Positions 32,870 through 43,170 of a stretch of 64,000 nt of DNA are shown here, in pieces (position 1 is the first letter of the stretch; every line of letters begins with the position of its first letter). Below the pieces are notes generated by a model. The model did not search any database. It was not told where the DNA came from and saw nothing but the letters and a program-made list of their open reading frames with translations. The DNA is from Pseudomonadota bacterium (GTDB lineage: Bacteria; Pseudomonadota; Gammaproteobacteria; Burkholderiales; JAKAFK01). Where the stretch lies: contig JAJYKK010000008.1 of assembly GCA_021788645.1 (NCBI GenBank), positions 2,072-66,071 of the forward strand. Reading direction: 5' to 3'. The position numbers and the translations under genes were made by a program.

Positions 32870-33982
32870 TTAGAACGTGTGGATCATGCCGACGCCGAAG
32901 CCATGCGCGCTCTGGCCTTGCACGATTCCGGGGTTGTCGCCGAAGCCGCCGCCAAACGGGGTGATGCCAACGGTGGCCGCATGCGTTTGTGCTTGCGCGT
33001 AGTTGACATAAAGCGTCGTCCGCTTGGACATGAGGTGATCGTAGCCGAGGGCCCACACGGCACCGCCGGAGTTCGACACACCGCTCTCATCGTTGGCACG
33101 GTAGTACTGCGCCTTCAGGACATTGTCCGGCGTCGCATTGAAGGAACCGCCCAGACCCCAGGTGTTGGCGCTCTTGGTGCCACCGCCGATGTTGCTTTGC
33201 CGTTGCCACAGGGCGACGACCTTGAACATTCCAAAGTCGTAGCCGCCGGCCAGACGCCAGGCATCAGGGTTGGAGGTCGCACCGACGCTCGCACCCTTGA
33301 AATTATGGCTTTCGTAAGCCACACCCGCGAAAATCGGGCCGTTGGAATACAAGGCGTTCAGCGAGTAGGCGCTCAGGTCATTGACGCTGTTGGCTGCCGT
33401 GAACCCATCCGTGCCGACGGGAATGCCGCAGCTCGTGCAGTTCGAGACATAGGCCGCGGTGACGGTCAGGCCGCTGAAGTCCGGGCTGATGTAGGCCACG
33501 GCGTTGTTGGTGCGCAGATCCCACGACTCGTAGGAGTCAAGGGCGCCACGGGAATCGCCGAGTTCGTTGTTGAAGAGATCAACCTTGCGGCTCAGGGTCT
33601 TCATCGGGGTGTCGGACTTGCCGGCAACCACCGCACCGAACGGGGTCGCCATCCCCACATAGCTCGTGCCGTTCGACAGGCCATCGGTATTGACGGTGTC
33701 GGTATTGCCCGTTCCGCCGAAGGAAATGAAGGATTGCACCTGCCAGATCGCCGCATAACCGTTGCCCAGATCTTCCTTGCCGGCCAGCACGATGTTGGAG
33801 GTGTTGCTGGACACGTTGGTCATGCTGCTGTTGTCCGTGGCGGTCGGGGAGGACTTGCCCTTCAGGCTGCTGACGGACATGTTCAAGTAACCGGAAATCG
33901 TCACGTTGCTGGTGTCGGCGTGCGCGGCGACAGGCAGTGCGATCGCGCTTGCAACGGCCACAGCAAGCAATTTCTTGTTCAT
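32870..33982 (-). CDS. Gram-negative general porin
   Basis: MNKKLLAVAVA signal peptide, GKEDLGNG, YISPDFSG, LGYDHLMSKRT, ends GMIHTF. Confidence 0.93.
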   Translation of the reverse strand: MNKKLLAVAVASAIALPVAAHADTSNVTISGYLNMSVSSLKGKSSPTATDNSSMTNVSSNTSNIVLAGKEDLGNGYAAIWQVQSFISFGGTGNTDTVNTDGLSNGTSYVGMATPFGAVVAGKSDTPMKTLSRKVDLFNNELGDSRGALDSYESWDLRTNNAVAYISPDFSGLTVTAAYVSNCTSCGIPVGTDGFTAANSVNDLSAYSLNALYSNGPIFAGVAYESHNFKGASVGATSNPDAWRLAGGYDFGMFKVVALWQRQSNIGGGTKSANTWGLGGSFNATPDNVLKAQYYRANDESGVSNSGGAVWALGYDHLMSKRTTLYVNYAQAQTHAATVGITPFGGGFGDNPGIVQGQSAHGFGVGMIHTF

Positions 33983-34168
33983 GCGTTTCTCCTTGATATT
34001 TGACTTTCTAGAGTATGCGCTGCGCAAAACTCAAAGCTTCCTTAAGCCTCAACCTCTCATGCGAGAAGTTGAGGCCATTCTGCCAAAGGGTCAAAAGATC
34101 TGACAAGCTTTTATGGAGAATTTCGCAACAAAAAATATTTTTCTGTTGCGTTTTTACAACAATCTTCT

Positions 34169-34957
34169 TTACGCGAAGAAGGCTTCCAGGGCGCGCCCCG
34201 GGTTCGCCGCCCGCATGAACGCCTCGCCGACCAGGAAGGCGTCGACGCCGTGCGAGCGCATGAGCACCACGTCCTCGCGGGCGAGGATCCCGCTTTCGGT
34301 GACCACGAGCCGGCCTTCCGGAATACGCGGCAGCAGCTCCAGCGTGGTCGTCAGCGCGGTTTCGAAGGTGCGCAGATTGCGGTTGTTGATGCCGACGAGC
34401 GGTGAAGCCAGCGCGAGCGCGCGGTCCAGCTCGGGGCCGTCATGCACCTCGACAAGAACGGCAAGCCCCAACTCGTGGGCAAGCGCTTCCAGGTCCCGAA
34501 GCCGCCCCCCTTCGAGCGCGGCCACGATGAGCAAGATGGCATCCGCGCCTGCCGCACGCGCTTCATAGACCTGATAGGGATCGACCATGAAATCCTTGCG
34601 CAGCACGGGGAGGCGGCACACCCGCCTCGCCTCCTCCAGGAACGCAAGGGCGCCGCGGAAGAACTGTTGGTCGGTGAGCACCGACAGGCAGGCCGCGCCG
34701 CCTTCCTCGTAAGAGCGGGCGATGGCGGCAGGATCGAAGTCCACCCGGATAAGCCCCTTGCTGGGGCTCGCCCGCTTGATCTCGGCGATCACGGCAGGTC
34801 GCCCCTGAGCGATCGTTGCGCGCAGCGCCCCCACGAAGTCGCGCGCGGGCGCGCCCTGTTCGGCGTCCTGGCGCACGCTCGCGAGCGACCGCGCCTTCCT
34901 GGCGGCGGCCACCTCGTCTTTTTTCACGGCCAGAATCTTGTTCAGAATATCGGACAT
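34169..34957 (-). CDS. trpC: Indole-3-glycerol phosphate synthase
   Basis: [28 protein letters not shown]. Confidence 0.97.
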   Translation of the reverse strand: MSDILNKILAVKKDEVAAARKARSLASVRQDAEQGAPARDFVGALRATIAQGRPAVIAEIKRASPSKGLIRVDFDPAAIARSYEEGGAACLSVLTDQQFFRGALAFLEEARRVCRLPVLRKDFMVDPYQVYEARAAGADAILLIVAALEGGRLRDLEALAHELGLAVLVEVHDGPELDRALALASPLVGINNRNLRTFETALTTTLELLPRIPEGRLVVTESGILAREDVVLMRSHGVDAFLVGEAFMRAANPGRALEAFFA

Positions 34958-35022
34958 CGCATTCTCGATAAAGAAACCGCCCCCCCCGGAACGCCGGGCA
35001 GCCGCGGGACCGCCCCCTCGTC

Positions 35023-36042
35023 TTAGAGGGCGTTCGTCAGCCGAACGAGCGCATCGAGCTTCGCCAAAGCCTTCCCCGAGTCGATCGCCTCAACCGCCCG
35101 CCGCACGCCTTCGCGGTGCGAAGCGCACAGCCCGCCCACATGGATCGCGGCACCCGCATTCAACGCGACGATGTCGCGCGCGGGTCCGGGCTTTCCGCCG
35201 AGCGCGGCGCGCAGCAGCGCCACCGCCTCGTCGGTGTTATGCACCACGAGCCGCTCGGACGGCTGCCGTTCGAACCCGAACGCCTCGGGTGTCAGGACAT
35301 GTTCGCGAATGACCCCATCGCGAAGCTCGGCCACGAAGGTCTCGCTGCCCAGCGAGATCTCGTCCAGCCCATCGGCGGCATGCACGACCATGACGTGGCG
35401 GCTGCCCAAGGCCTGCAGAACGGCCGCAAGCTTGGGAACCAGATCGCGGTGGAAGACCCCCATCACCTGATTGGCGGCCCCCGCCGGATTGGTCATGGGG
35501 CCGAGCAGGTTGAACAGCGTGCGAACGCCGAGCTCGCGCCGCACCGGCGCGGCGAAGCGCATGGCACTGTGGTGGCTGGGAGCGAACATGAACCCCACGC
35601 CCAGCTGCTCGATGCAGGCCGCCACCTGCTGCGGGTCGAGATCCACCTTGACGCCCAGGGCCTCCAGCACATCGGCGCTCCCGCAGGTGCTCGAGACGGA
35701 TCGCCCGCCGTGCTTGGCCACCCGCACGCCGACCGCCGCCGCCACGAGCGCGGCCGCCGTGGAAATGTTGAACGTATGCGCGCCATCGCCTCCCGTGCCG
35801 CAGGTGTCGACCAGATGCCCGAGATGCGAGGCGGGCACCTTGGTGGAGAGGTCTCGCATGACCGTCGCCGCCGCCGCGATTTCCGTGACCGTCTCGCCCT
35901 TCGCGCGCAGGCCGACGAGGAGGCCGGCGATCTGGACCGGTGTCAGTTCGCCCCCCATGATCTGGCGCATGACGGAGAGCATCTCCTCGCGCGACAAGTC
36001 GCGCTTGTCCAGGAGGGCCTGAAGGGCGGCCTGCGGGGTCAC
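35023..36042 (-). CDS. trpD: Anthranilate phosphoribosyltransferase
   Basis: [26 protein letters not shown]. Confidence 0.97.
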   Translation of the reverse strand: MTPQAALQALLDKRDLSREEMLSVMRQIMGGELTPVQIAGLLVGLRAKGETVTEIAAAATVMRDLSTKVPASHLGHLVDTCGTGGDGAHTFNISTAAALVAAAVGVRVAKHGGRSVSSTCGSADVLEALGVKVDLDPQQVAACIEQLGVGFMFAPSHHSAMRFAAPVRRELGVRTLFNLLGPMTNPAGAANQVMGVFHRDLVPKLAAVLQALGSRHVMVVHAADGLDEISLGSETFVAELRDGVIREHVLTPEAFGFERQPSERLVVHNTDEAVALLRAALGGKPGPARDIVALNAGAAIHVGGLCASHREGVRRAVEAIDSGKALAKLDALVRLTNAL

Positions 36043-36611
36043 GCTCGCGCCCCCTTGAGGAAGTTCTCCAGCATTTCATGGCCGTGCTGGGTGAGGATCG
36101 ACTCCGGATGAAACTGCACGCCTTCCACCGCCATCGTCTTGTGGCGAACCCCCATGATCTCCTCGTCGTCCGTCCAGGCCGTGATCTCCAGCCCCGCCGG
36201 CAGAGTCTTCCGCTCGATCACCAGCGAATGGTAGCGGGTCGCCTCGAAGGGATTGGGCAGTCCTTTGAACACGCCCACGTCCTGGTGAAAAATCTCGGAG
36301 GTCTTGCCATGCATCACCTGGCGCGCATGGACGATGCGCCCCCCGAATGCCTGGCCGATCGCCTGGTGCCCGAGGCAGACGCCGAGAATCGGGATGCGAC
36401 CTGCGAAGCGCTGGATGAGGGGCACGGAAATGCCCGCCTCGTTGGGCGTGCACGGCCCGGGCGAAATCACGATATGCGCGGGCGCGAGCGCCGCCACCTC
36501 GTCCAGCCCGATCTCGTCGTTGCGGCGGACGAGCACGTCCTCCCCCAACTCCCCGAAATACTGCACCAGGTTGTAGGTGAAGGAATCATAGTTGTCGATC
36601 ATCAGGAGCAT
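36039..36611 (-). CDS. trpG: Anthranilate synthase component II (glutamine amidotransferase)
   Basis: [29 protein letters not shown]. Confidence 0.95.
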   Translation of the reverse strand: MLLMIDNYDSFTYNLVQYFGELGEDVLVRRNDEIGLDEVAALAPAHIVISPGPCTPNEAGISVPLIQRFAGRIPILGVCLGHQAIGQAFGGRIVHARQVMHGKTSEIFHQDVGVFKGLPNPFEATRYHSLVIERKTLPAGLEITAWTDDEEIMGVRHKTMAVEGVQFHPESILTQHGHEMLENFLKGARA

Positions 36612-36749
36612 GATCCATCTATCCTTTTTCAGTGCGCCGGGGACACCGGGCTCTCGCGTCTGACGCCACGCGGCGGCGCCGAAGGGCGCGCCCCCGGGGT
36701 CGTTCGCGTCGTCGGCCCGCACGTCGGGTCTCGCGCATAGGCTGCAGGC

Positions 36750-38228
36750 CTAGTCCTCGACCATCTCGTCAAAGCCCGCCTGCGCCATCTGCGCCGCGCG
36801 GAGCACCGCCCGCGCCTTGTTCTGGGTCTCGATCCATTCGCTTGCCGGCACCGAATCCGCGACGATCCCCGCGCCCGCCTGCACATAGAGCGTCGAATCC
36901 TTGATCACGGCCGTGCGGATGGCGATGGCGACGTCCATATCGCCATTGAACCCCAGGTAGCCGACGGCGCCCGCGTAGACCCCGCGCCTCGCGGGCTCGA
37001 GCTCGTCGATGATTTCCATGGCGCGCACCTTCGGGGCGCCGGACACCGTCCCTGCCGGGAAACTCGCCCGGAGCACGTCGATCGCCCGCTGCCCTGGCCG
37101 CAAGCGGCCCTCCACGTTGGAGACGATGTGCATCACATGGGAATAGCGCTCGATGATCATGCGCTCGGTCACCTTGACCGAGCCGACCTCGGCCACCCGG
37201 CCCAAATCGTTGCGCCCCAGGTCCATCAGCATGACATGCTCGGCACGTTCCTTGGGATCGGCCAGCAGTTCCTCCGCCAACCGCTCGTCGGCTTCGCGCG
37301 TCAGCCCCCGCGGACGGGTTCCGGCGATCGGGCGCACGGTGATGTCCTCGCCTTCCTTGCGCACCAAGATCTCGGGAGAGGCGCCGACGACGTGGAAGCC
37401 CCCCATGTCGAAATAGAACATATAGGGGGAGGGATTGAGCGTGCGCAGCGCCCGGTAAAGGGCAAGCGGCGATGCGTCGTAGGGCTGGCTCATGCGCTGC
37501 GAGAGCACGACCTGCATGATGTCGCCGTCGGCGATATAGCGCTTGGCACGCACGACCGCGGCCTCGAACGCCTCCTGCCCGAACGCCGAGCACACAGCGA
37601 CGTCCTGCAGGCGCTCTTCGCGAGGACTCGCGACCGGCTGCCTGAGACGCCTGGCCAGCGCATTGAGGCGCGCCTGCCCCTTGGCGAAGGCGTCGGGCTC
37701 GAAGGGATCCGCATAGACGATGAGATAGAGCTTGCCCGCGAGGTTGTCGACCACGGCGAGCTCCTCCGACAGGAGGAGCAGAATGTCGGGCGTGCCGAGG
37801 TCGTCGGCCTTGGGGTGCCTTTTCAGGCGCCGCTCGATGTAGCGCACGACGTCGTAGCCAAAGTAGCCGACCAGCCCGCCGCAAAAGCGCGGCAGGCCGG
37901 CATGGGGCGCGACCTTGAAGCGGTCGAGAAAGGCGTCGACGAAGGCGAGCGGGTCCTCGCTTTGATGCGACTCGAGAACGCCGTCATCCCCCTCGAGGGT
38001 GACCAGATGCTCGTGCACGCGCAGGCGGATTCTTGCGGGCAGCCCGATGAACGAATAACGGCCGAAGCGCTCGCCCCCCTGCACGGATTCCAGCAGATAT
38101 GAAAAAGGCGCGTTCGCCAGCTTGAGATACACCGACAGCGGCGTATCGAGGTCCGCCAGCAGCTCCTTCACCAGCGGAATACGGTTGAAACCCAGCCCTA
38201 CGAGTGCGTTGAATTCCTGTTCGGTCAT
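36750..38228 (-). CDS. trpE: Anthranilate synthase component I
   Basis: [45 protein letters not shown]. Confidence 0.96.
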   Translation of the reverse strand: MTEQEFNALVGLGFNRIPLVKELLADLDTPLSVYLKLANAPFSYLLESVQGGERFGRYSFIGLPARIRLRVHEHLVTLEGDDGVLESHQSEDPLAFVDAFLDRFKVAPHAGLPRFCGGLVGYFGYDVVRYIERRLKRHPKADDLGTPDILLLLSEELAVVDNLAGKLYLIVYADPFEPDAFAKGQARLNALARRLRQPVASPREERLQDVAVCSAFGQEAFEAAVVRAKRYIADGDIMQVVLSQRMSQPYDASPLALYRALRTLNPSPYMFYFDMGGFHVVGASPEILVRKEGEDITVRPIAGTRPRGLTREADERLAEELLADPKERAEHVMLMDLGRNDLGRVAEVGSVKVTERMIIERYSHVMHIVSNVEGRLRPGQRAIDVLRASFPAGTVSGAPKVRAMEIIDELEPARRGVYAGAVGYLGFNGDMDVAIAIRTAVIKDSTLYVQAGAGIVADSVPASEWIETQNKARAVLRAAQMAQAGFDEMVED

Positions 38229-38303
38229 GGCTACCCCCACAGAGATCGAAGTCCGCGGTCGCGCGGCCATCGAAACGAGGCCCGCGCGCAAGAGGCGATC
38301 GCG

Positions 38304-38390
38304 TTACGCGATCGCCCGCTGTCCGGACTTCCGCCATCGGGCAAGCCCAGCCTTGCGGCGAGCCGCTGCGGCGCCTGTGGGATCCATCAT
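38304..38390 (-). CDS. Candidate trp leader peptide (28 aa, one Trp)
   Basis: MMDPTGAAAARRKAGLARWRKSGQRAIA*; start overlaps the gph stop; TAA lies in the loop of a 10-bp hairpin. Confidence 0.45.
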   Translation of the reverse strand: MMDPTGAAAARRKAGLARWRKSGQRAIA

Positions 38391-39145
38391 CTCAAGCCTT
38401 TCACGATCAGCGTCGCGGCCTGCGCAACATCGCGCACGACCGCATCCGCATCGAGTTCACGCACATCCTGCCCGCGATTATAGCCATAGGGCACGCAAAA
38501 GACACGCATCCCGGCGGCCCGCGCCGCCTCGACATCATTGACCGAGTCCCCGATCAGCAGCAGTTCGCCGGGCGCCACCCCGAAGGTCTGGGCCACATGG
38601 AGAAGCGGCATGGGGTCGGGCTTCTTGCGCGGCAGGCTATCGCCCGAGACGACCGCCTCGAAGTACCCGGCCAGCCCCGTATCGCGCAGCAAGGGGCGCG
38701 TGAACTTCTCCGCCTTGTTGGTGACGCAGGCGAGGCGCAATCCCCCGGAGCGCATGGCCTCCAAGCCGTCCACGACCCCGGGATAGGGACGGCTTTGCGC
38801 GCTCACGCACGCGGCATAGTGCTTCTCGAAGACCACGAGCGCCTGCCGGGCGGCGTCGGCATCCGGCTCGCCGTCCATCGAGCCGCTCAACACCCGCTTG
38901 ACGAGGCGCGAGATGCCGTTGCCGATGTAGGTCTTGATCACCTCGGCATCGGGAACCGGCAAACCGAGATCGGCCGCCATCCGGGTCGCCGCCGTCGCAA
39001 TGTCGGCGGCGGTGTCGAGCAAGGTGCCGTCGAGATCGATGACGACCCCCTGGACGGGCACAGGAAACGCAAGGCCTGGCCTCGCCTGCAAGGGAGGCTC
39101 GACGGACCGCTTCCCGCCCTCTGGGCTCAATGGTTCGAGACCCAT
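38387..39145 (-). CDS. gph: Phosphoglycolate phosphatase
   Basis: HAD motifs DLDGTLLD, VTNK, KKPDP, IGDSVND; rpe-gph-trpE synteny; start uncertain. Confidence 0.93.
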   Translation of the reverse strand: MGLEPLSPEGGKRSVEPPLQARPGLAFPVPVQGVVIDLDGTLLDTAADIATAATRMAADLGLPVPDAEVIKTYIGNGISRLVKRVLSGSMDGEPDADAARQALVVFEKHYAACVSAQSRPYPGVVDGLEAMRSGGLRLACVTNKAEKFTRPLLRDTGLAGYFEAVVSGDSLPRKKPDPMPLLHVAQTFGVAPGELLLIGDSVNDVEAARAAGMRVFCVPYGYNRGQDVRELDADAVVRDVAQAATLIVKGLR

Positions 39146-39149
39146 GGCC

Positions 39150-39821
39150 TCAGCGCCCTGCCCGGGCCAACTGCGCGCGCATGGCATCGACCGTGGCCTT
39201 GTAGTCCTCGGTGCCATAGATCGCCGAACCCGCGACGAAGGTGTCCGCCCCGGCCGCGGCAATTTCGGCGATATTGTCGACCTTCACCCCGCCGTCGATC
39301 TCCAGCCAGATGTCGCGCCCGGACGCCTCGATGCGGGACTTGACCGCGCGCAGCTTGTTGAGTGCCTCGGGAATGAACTTCTGGCCCCCGAAGCCGGGAT
39401 TGACCGACATGATGAGCACCATGTCGAGCTTGTCCAGCACGTGGTCGAGGTAATTGAGCGGGGTACCCGGGTTGAACACGAGCCCCGCCTTGCAGCCGCT
39501 GTCGTGGATCAGGCCGATGGTGCGGTCGATGTGCTCGGAGGCTTCCGGGTGGAAGGTGATGATGTCGGCGCCGGCCTTGGCAAAATCGGGGATGATCCGG
39601 TCGACCGGCTTCACCATGAGGTGGACGTCGATGGGCGCGGTGATCAGAGGACGAATCGCCTCGCACACCAAGGGCCCGATCGTGAGGTTCGGGACATAAT
39701 GATTGTCCATCACATCAAAATGGATGATGTCGGCCCCTGCCGCGATCACCGCCGTGACTTCCTCGCCCAGCTTGGCGAAATTGGCCGACAGGATGCTCGG
39801 CGCGATTCGATGCTGCGTCAT
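39150..39821 (-). CDS. rpe: Ribulose-phosphate 3-epimerase
   Basis: [34 protein letters not shown]. Confidence 0.97.
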   Translation of the reverse strand: MTQHRIAPSILSANFAKLGEEVTAVIAAGADIIHFDVMDNHYVPNLTIGPLVCEAIRPLITAPIDVHLMVKPVDRIIPDFAKAGADIITFHPEASEHIDRTIGLIHDSGCKAGLVFNPGTPLNYLDHVLDKLDMVLIMSVNPGFGGQKFIPEALNKLRAVKSRIEASGRDIWLEIDGGVKVDNIAEIAAAGADTFVAGSAIYGTEDYKATVDAMRAQLARAGR

Positions 39822-39951
39822 GACCTTCCCCCGGTAATGTATAAAGTTTTCCATTCTAACCGCAAATGAGTGATGCCACCATATGCCCGCCGGGCCTCCG
39901 GTTGCGCGCGAACGGCTTGCGATCCGCGCGAAAATCGTGTGCAATAGCGGG

Positions 39952-40335
39952 ATGGCCGAAAGCAAGAAGTACGAGATTACCGTCACGGCGCGCGCGTCGT
40001 TCGTCCCGGAACAGTCCGAGGAAGCGCAGTCGCGCTATGTGTTCGCCTATACGATCGAGATCGCCAACACGGGTACCGTGGCGGCCCAGCTCATCAGCCG
40101 GCACTGGCTCATCACCGACGCCGCGGAGCATGTGCAGGAGGTGAAGGGCCTCGGGGTGGTGGGCGAGCAGCCGTTCCTCAAGCCGGGCGAGCGCTTCGAA
40201 TACACGAGCGGCGCCGCCATCGCTACGGCCGTCGGCACCATGCGGGGCACCTATCAGATGGTGGCCGAGGACGGCACCCGGTTCGACGCCGAAATCGCCC
40301 CTTTCACCTTGAGCATACCGCGCACGCTGCATTGA
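39952..40335 (+). CDS. apaG: ApaG protein
   Basis: [31 protein letters not shown]. Confidence 0.95.
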   Translation: MAESKKYEITVTARASFVPEQSEEAQSRYVFAYTIEIANTGTVAAQLISRHWLITDAAEHVQEVKGLGVVGEQPFLKPGERFEYTSGAAIATAVGTMRGTYQMVAEDGTRFDAEIAPFTLSIPRTLH

Positions 40336-40397
40336 CGACGCCGCGCCCTTGGCGCGTGGGCGTGCCGCTGCAACTTCCCATGCGGGCAGACGTTTCC

Positions 40398-41591
40398 ATG
40401 GCAATGCAAGAAATGCCGAAAAGCAAGCGCCCTGCGCTTCGCGTCCTTCTCGCGCCGCTCCTGCTCGCGCTCATCATGGTCGCCTGCGCCCCCGTTCCTC
40501 CGAGAGTCGCGCCGCCCCCGACGGCGCATCCACCGTTCAGCCCAGCCCGATGGGAAGACCTTCCCGGCTGGCCCGGCGCCCAGCCGGCCAACGCCTGGAA
40601 GGGCTTCCTGGACAGTTGCCAAGCCCTTGAGGGCCAGAGCGCCTGGGAAGCCGTCTGCCAGGACGCGGCCTTGCTGCCGCACCCCACCGATGCCGAGGTA
40701 CGGGCCTTCTTTGAGACGCACTTCAGCCCTTTCCAGGTGACCAACCCGGACGGCAGCACGCAAGGCCTGATCACGGGCTACTACGAGCCGCTGCTGCACG
40801 GTTCGCGCACCCGCTCCGCCCGCTACGCCTATCCGCTGTACGGCGTGCCGCCGGATCTCCTGACCATCGACCTGGCGAGCGTCTACCCGGCGCTCAAGGG
40901 TCTCAGGCTGCGCGGGCGGCTCGACGGGCGCCGCGTGGTCCCCTACTACAGCCGCTCGCAGATCGACGACGGGGTGCCCTCGCTCAAGGACCATGTCCTC
41001 TTCTGGGTCGACGACCCGCTGTCTCTCTTCTTCCTTCAGATCCAGGGCTCCGGCCGCATCCAGCTGGACGACGGCCAGACGGTGCGGGTGGGCTACGCCA
41101 ACCAGAACGGCTATCCGTATCGCGCCATCGGCCGCGTCCTGGTCGAGCGCGGCGCGCTGTCTCCGGCGCAAGCCTCCATGCAAGGCATCCGGCAGTGGGC
41201 CAAGGCCCATCCGAAGGATCTGCCGGGGCTTCTTGCGACCAATCAAAGCTACGTGTTCTTCAAGGTGCTGCCCGACGATCCCGGCGGTCCGCCCGGCGCC
41301 CTGGGCGTACCGCTCACCGCGCGGCGAAGCCTCGCGGTCGACCCGAAGGTCATCCCTCTCGGCGCCCCGGTCTTCCTCGCCACCACGCTGCCCGGCTCCG
41401 CCGCACCCTTCGACCGCCTCATGCTGGCGCAGGACACGGGCGGCGCCATCCGCGGCGCGGTGCGGGCGGATGTCTTCTTCGGTTTCGGCGATCGGGCCGC
41501 GGACCTGGCCGGGCGCATGGAAGACGCCGGCAGTCTTTGGGTGCTGCTGCCCAATCCGCCGCAAGCCGGAATCCCGCCCCCCTCCCACTGA
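40398..41591 (+). CDS. mltA: Membrane-bound lytic murein transglycosylase A (lipoprotein)
   Basis: Lipobox-like MVAC, TGYYEP, LQIQGSG, SLAVDP, QDTGGAIRG..RAD; start uncertain. Confidence 0.93.
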   Translation: MAMQEMPKSKRPALRVLLAPLLLALIMVACAPVPPRVAPPPTAHPPFSPARWEDLPGWPGAQPANAWKGFLDSCQALEGQSAWEAVCQDAALLPHPTDAEVRAFFETHFSPFQVTNPDGSTQGLITGYYEPLLHGSRTRSARYAYPLYGVPPDLLTIDLASVYPALKGLRLRGRLDGRRVVPYYSRSQIDDGVPSLKDHVLFWVDDPLSLFFLQIQGSGRIQLDDGQTVRVGYANQNGYPYRAIGRVLVERGALSPAQASMQGIRQWAKAHPKDLPGLLATNQSYVFFKVLPDDPGGPPGALGVPLTARRSLAVDPKVIPLGAPVFLATTLPGSAAPFDRLMLAQDTGGAIRGAVRADVFFGFGDRAADLAGRMEDAGSLWVLLPNPPQAGIPPPSH

Positions 41592-41665
41592 AACCGGCAC
41601 GCGCGGCAGGGCAATGCCCTGTTGCCGAGACCTGGCCGCGCGCCGCGACTCCCCTTCCGATCCGT

Positions 41666-42322
41666 TCAGCGGCGCACCGAAAGAGGATATTCCCGCGCGG
41701 CCGTGAAATGAACGCGCACCAGGAAGCGGCTCGCGACCTCGCGCCCGTCTTTCTGCCCGGGATAGAACGCCGGGCGGGGGCCGGCGTGGCCGAAGGCATC
41801 CAGCACCGACTGGTCGAAGATCCCCTTAGGCACCGCCTTCACTACCGATTCCTTCACCACGACGCCGTGCGCATCGACCAGAAGCAGAAGCGTGACCGTC
41901 CCGCTCGTGTTCCCCGCCCCGGGCGGATAGACCGGATGGATCGGCGCCCGCGGACGCGGCCGGACGTCCAGCGCGCTCAATGGATAGAAAATGGCATCGT
42001 CCGGCACCGCGAGGCGAACACCCGCCTTGCGGGAAAGCGTCCCGGGCGGTTTGGGCTGCGCGCGCCCGGGCGCGGCGGCTTGGGCTTGGCGGGCGCCGTC
42101 CCGATGCGCGCGAACGCGCGGACGGCGGATCGTCCGGTGCGCCGTGCCGCTCCCGGCGGGCAAGAGGGTCGCCTGCAGCCCGCGATCACCGCCGCCTCCC
42201 GCCCCACCAGGGCGACCCACGGGCAGGAAATTCCAGATGAGCGCATGCACGCCGAGCGAGACCGCAAGGGCGACCCCCAGGCGGATGGCGGAGACGCGCA
42301 GCGGCTCGGATACCGGGACCAC
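41666..42322 (-). CDS. TonB-family energy transducer-like protein
   Basis: TM with S-x3-H (SLGVHAL), Pro/Ala linker, C-terminal PVYP...GTVTLLLLVD..G.V...FD..V. Confidence 0.7.
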   Translation of the reverse strand: MVPVSEPLRVSAIRLGVALAVSLGVHALIWNFLPVGRPGGAGGGGDRGLQATLLPAGSGTAHRTIRRPRVRAHRDGARQAQAAAPGRAQPKPPGTLSRKAGVRLAVPDDAIFYPLSALDVRPRPRAPIHPVYPPGAGNTSGTVTLLLLVDAHGVVVKESVVKAVPKGIFDQSVLDAFGHAGPRPAFYPGQKDGREVASRFLVRVHFTAAREYPLSVRR

Positions 42323-42336
42323 CGACGGCTTCGCCT

Positions 42337-42951
42337 TTAGGCTTGGGGCTTCTGCGCCACCATGTCGATCAAAGCAGACATGCCGTGATGGTGCGTGCCC
42401 TCGGCGATGAAATCTTCATGCGTGTGCAGGTGAAGGATTTCCAGCTCGCCAAAGGATTCCCTCAGCAGCGATTCGGTATAGAGGTTCTCGGCCAGCGGCG
42501 GCCCGCCGGTCTTGAATTCGAGCTGCTTGGGCGTATAACCCTGCAAAAGGATGAGCCCGCCCGGCTTGAGCGCCTCGATCATGCTGCGGAATATCTGCGC
42601 GCGCCCCCCGGGGCCGACAAACTGGATGAAGATCGCGGCGATCAGGTCGAAGCGGCCCACGCCCCACGCCCAGGCCAGCAGGTCGGCGCATTCGAAGCGC
42701 ACCGACACCCCACGCGTATGCGCGAGTCTTTTGGCTTTCTCGATCGCCAGGGCCGAGATCTCGACCGACGTCACATCGAGCCCCTGTTCGGCGAGCCACA
42801 CGCCGTTTCGGCCCTCGCCGTCGGCCACTGCCAGGGCACGCATACCGGCCTTCAGGCGATCCCTTTGCGAGGCCAGGAATGCGTTGGGCTGCGTCCCGAA
42901 GATGTACTCCGGCGCCGAATAGCGTTCGTCCCAGAATTCTTTGGTCGTCAT
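42337..42951 (-). CDS. Class I SAM-dependent methyltransferase
   Basis: FWDERY, ALAVADGEGRNGVWLA, LKPGG, TGGP. Confidence 0.9.
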   Translation of the reverse strand: MTTKEFWDERYSAPEYIFGTQPNAFLASQRDRLKAGMRALAVADGEGRNGVWLAEQGLDVTSVEISALAIEKAKRLAHTRGVSVRFECADLLAWAWGVGRFDLIAAIFIQFVGPGGRAQIFRSMIEALKPGGLILLQGYTPKQLEFKTGGPPLAENLYTESLLRESFGELEILHLHTHEDFIAEGTHHHGMSALIDMVAQKPQA

Positions 42952-43170
42952 GGGGAGAGACACCTTTAAAATCTGCCGCGCATGACGGATGCTGCGCGTT
43001 GGCCAGTGGTAGCGGTCGCCCGGACACGGGCCGCCGCGAAATAATCGCCGCCGCATCGCTGCGGCGAGGGATCGCGCCCCGTCGCCGTTGGGGTTCCGTC
43101 AGGAACCGGCCACGCCCCAGCCGCGCCGTCAGAAACCCGTCCGTTTCGGCGCATCCGGAATCTCGCGCCA

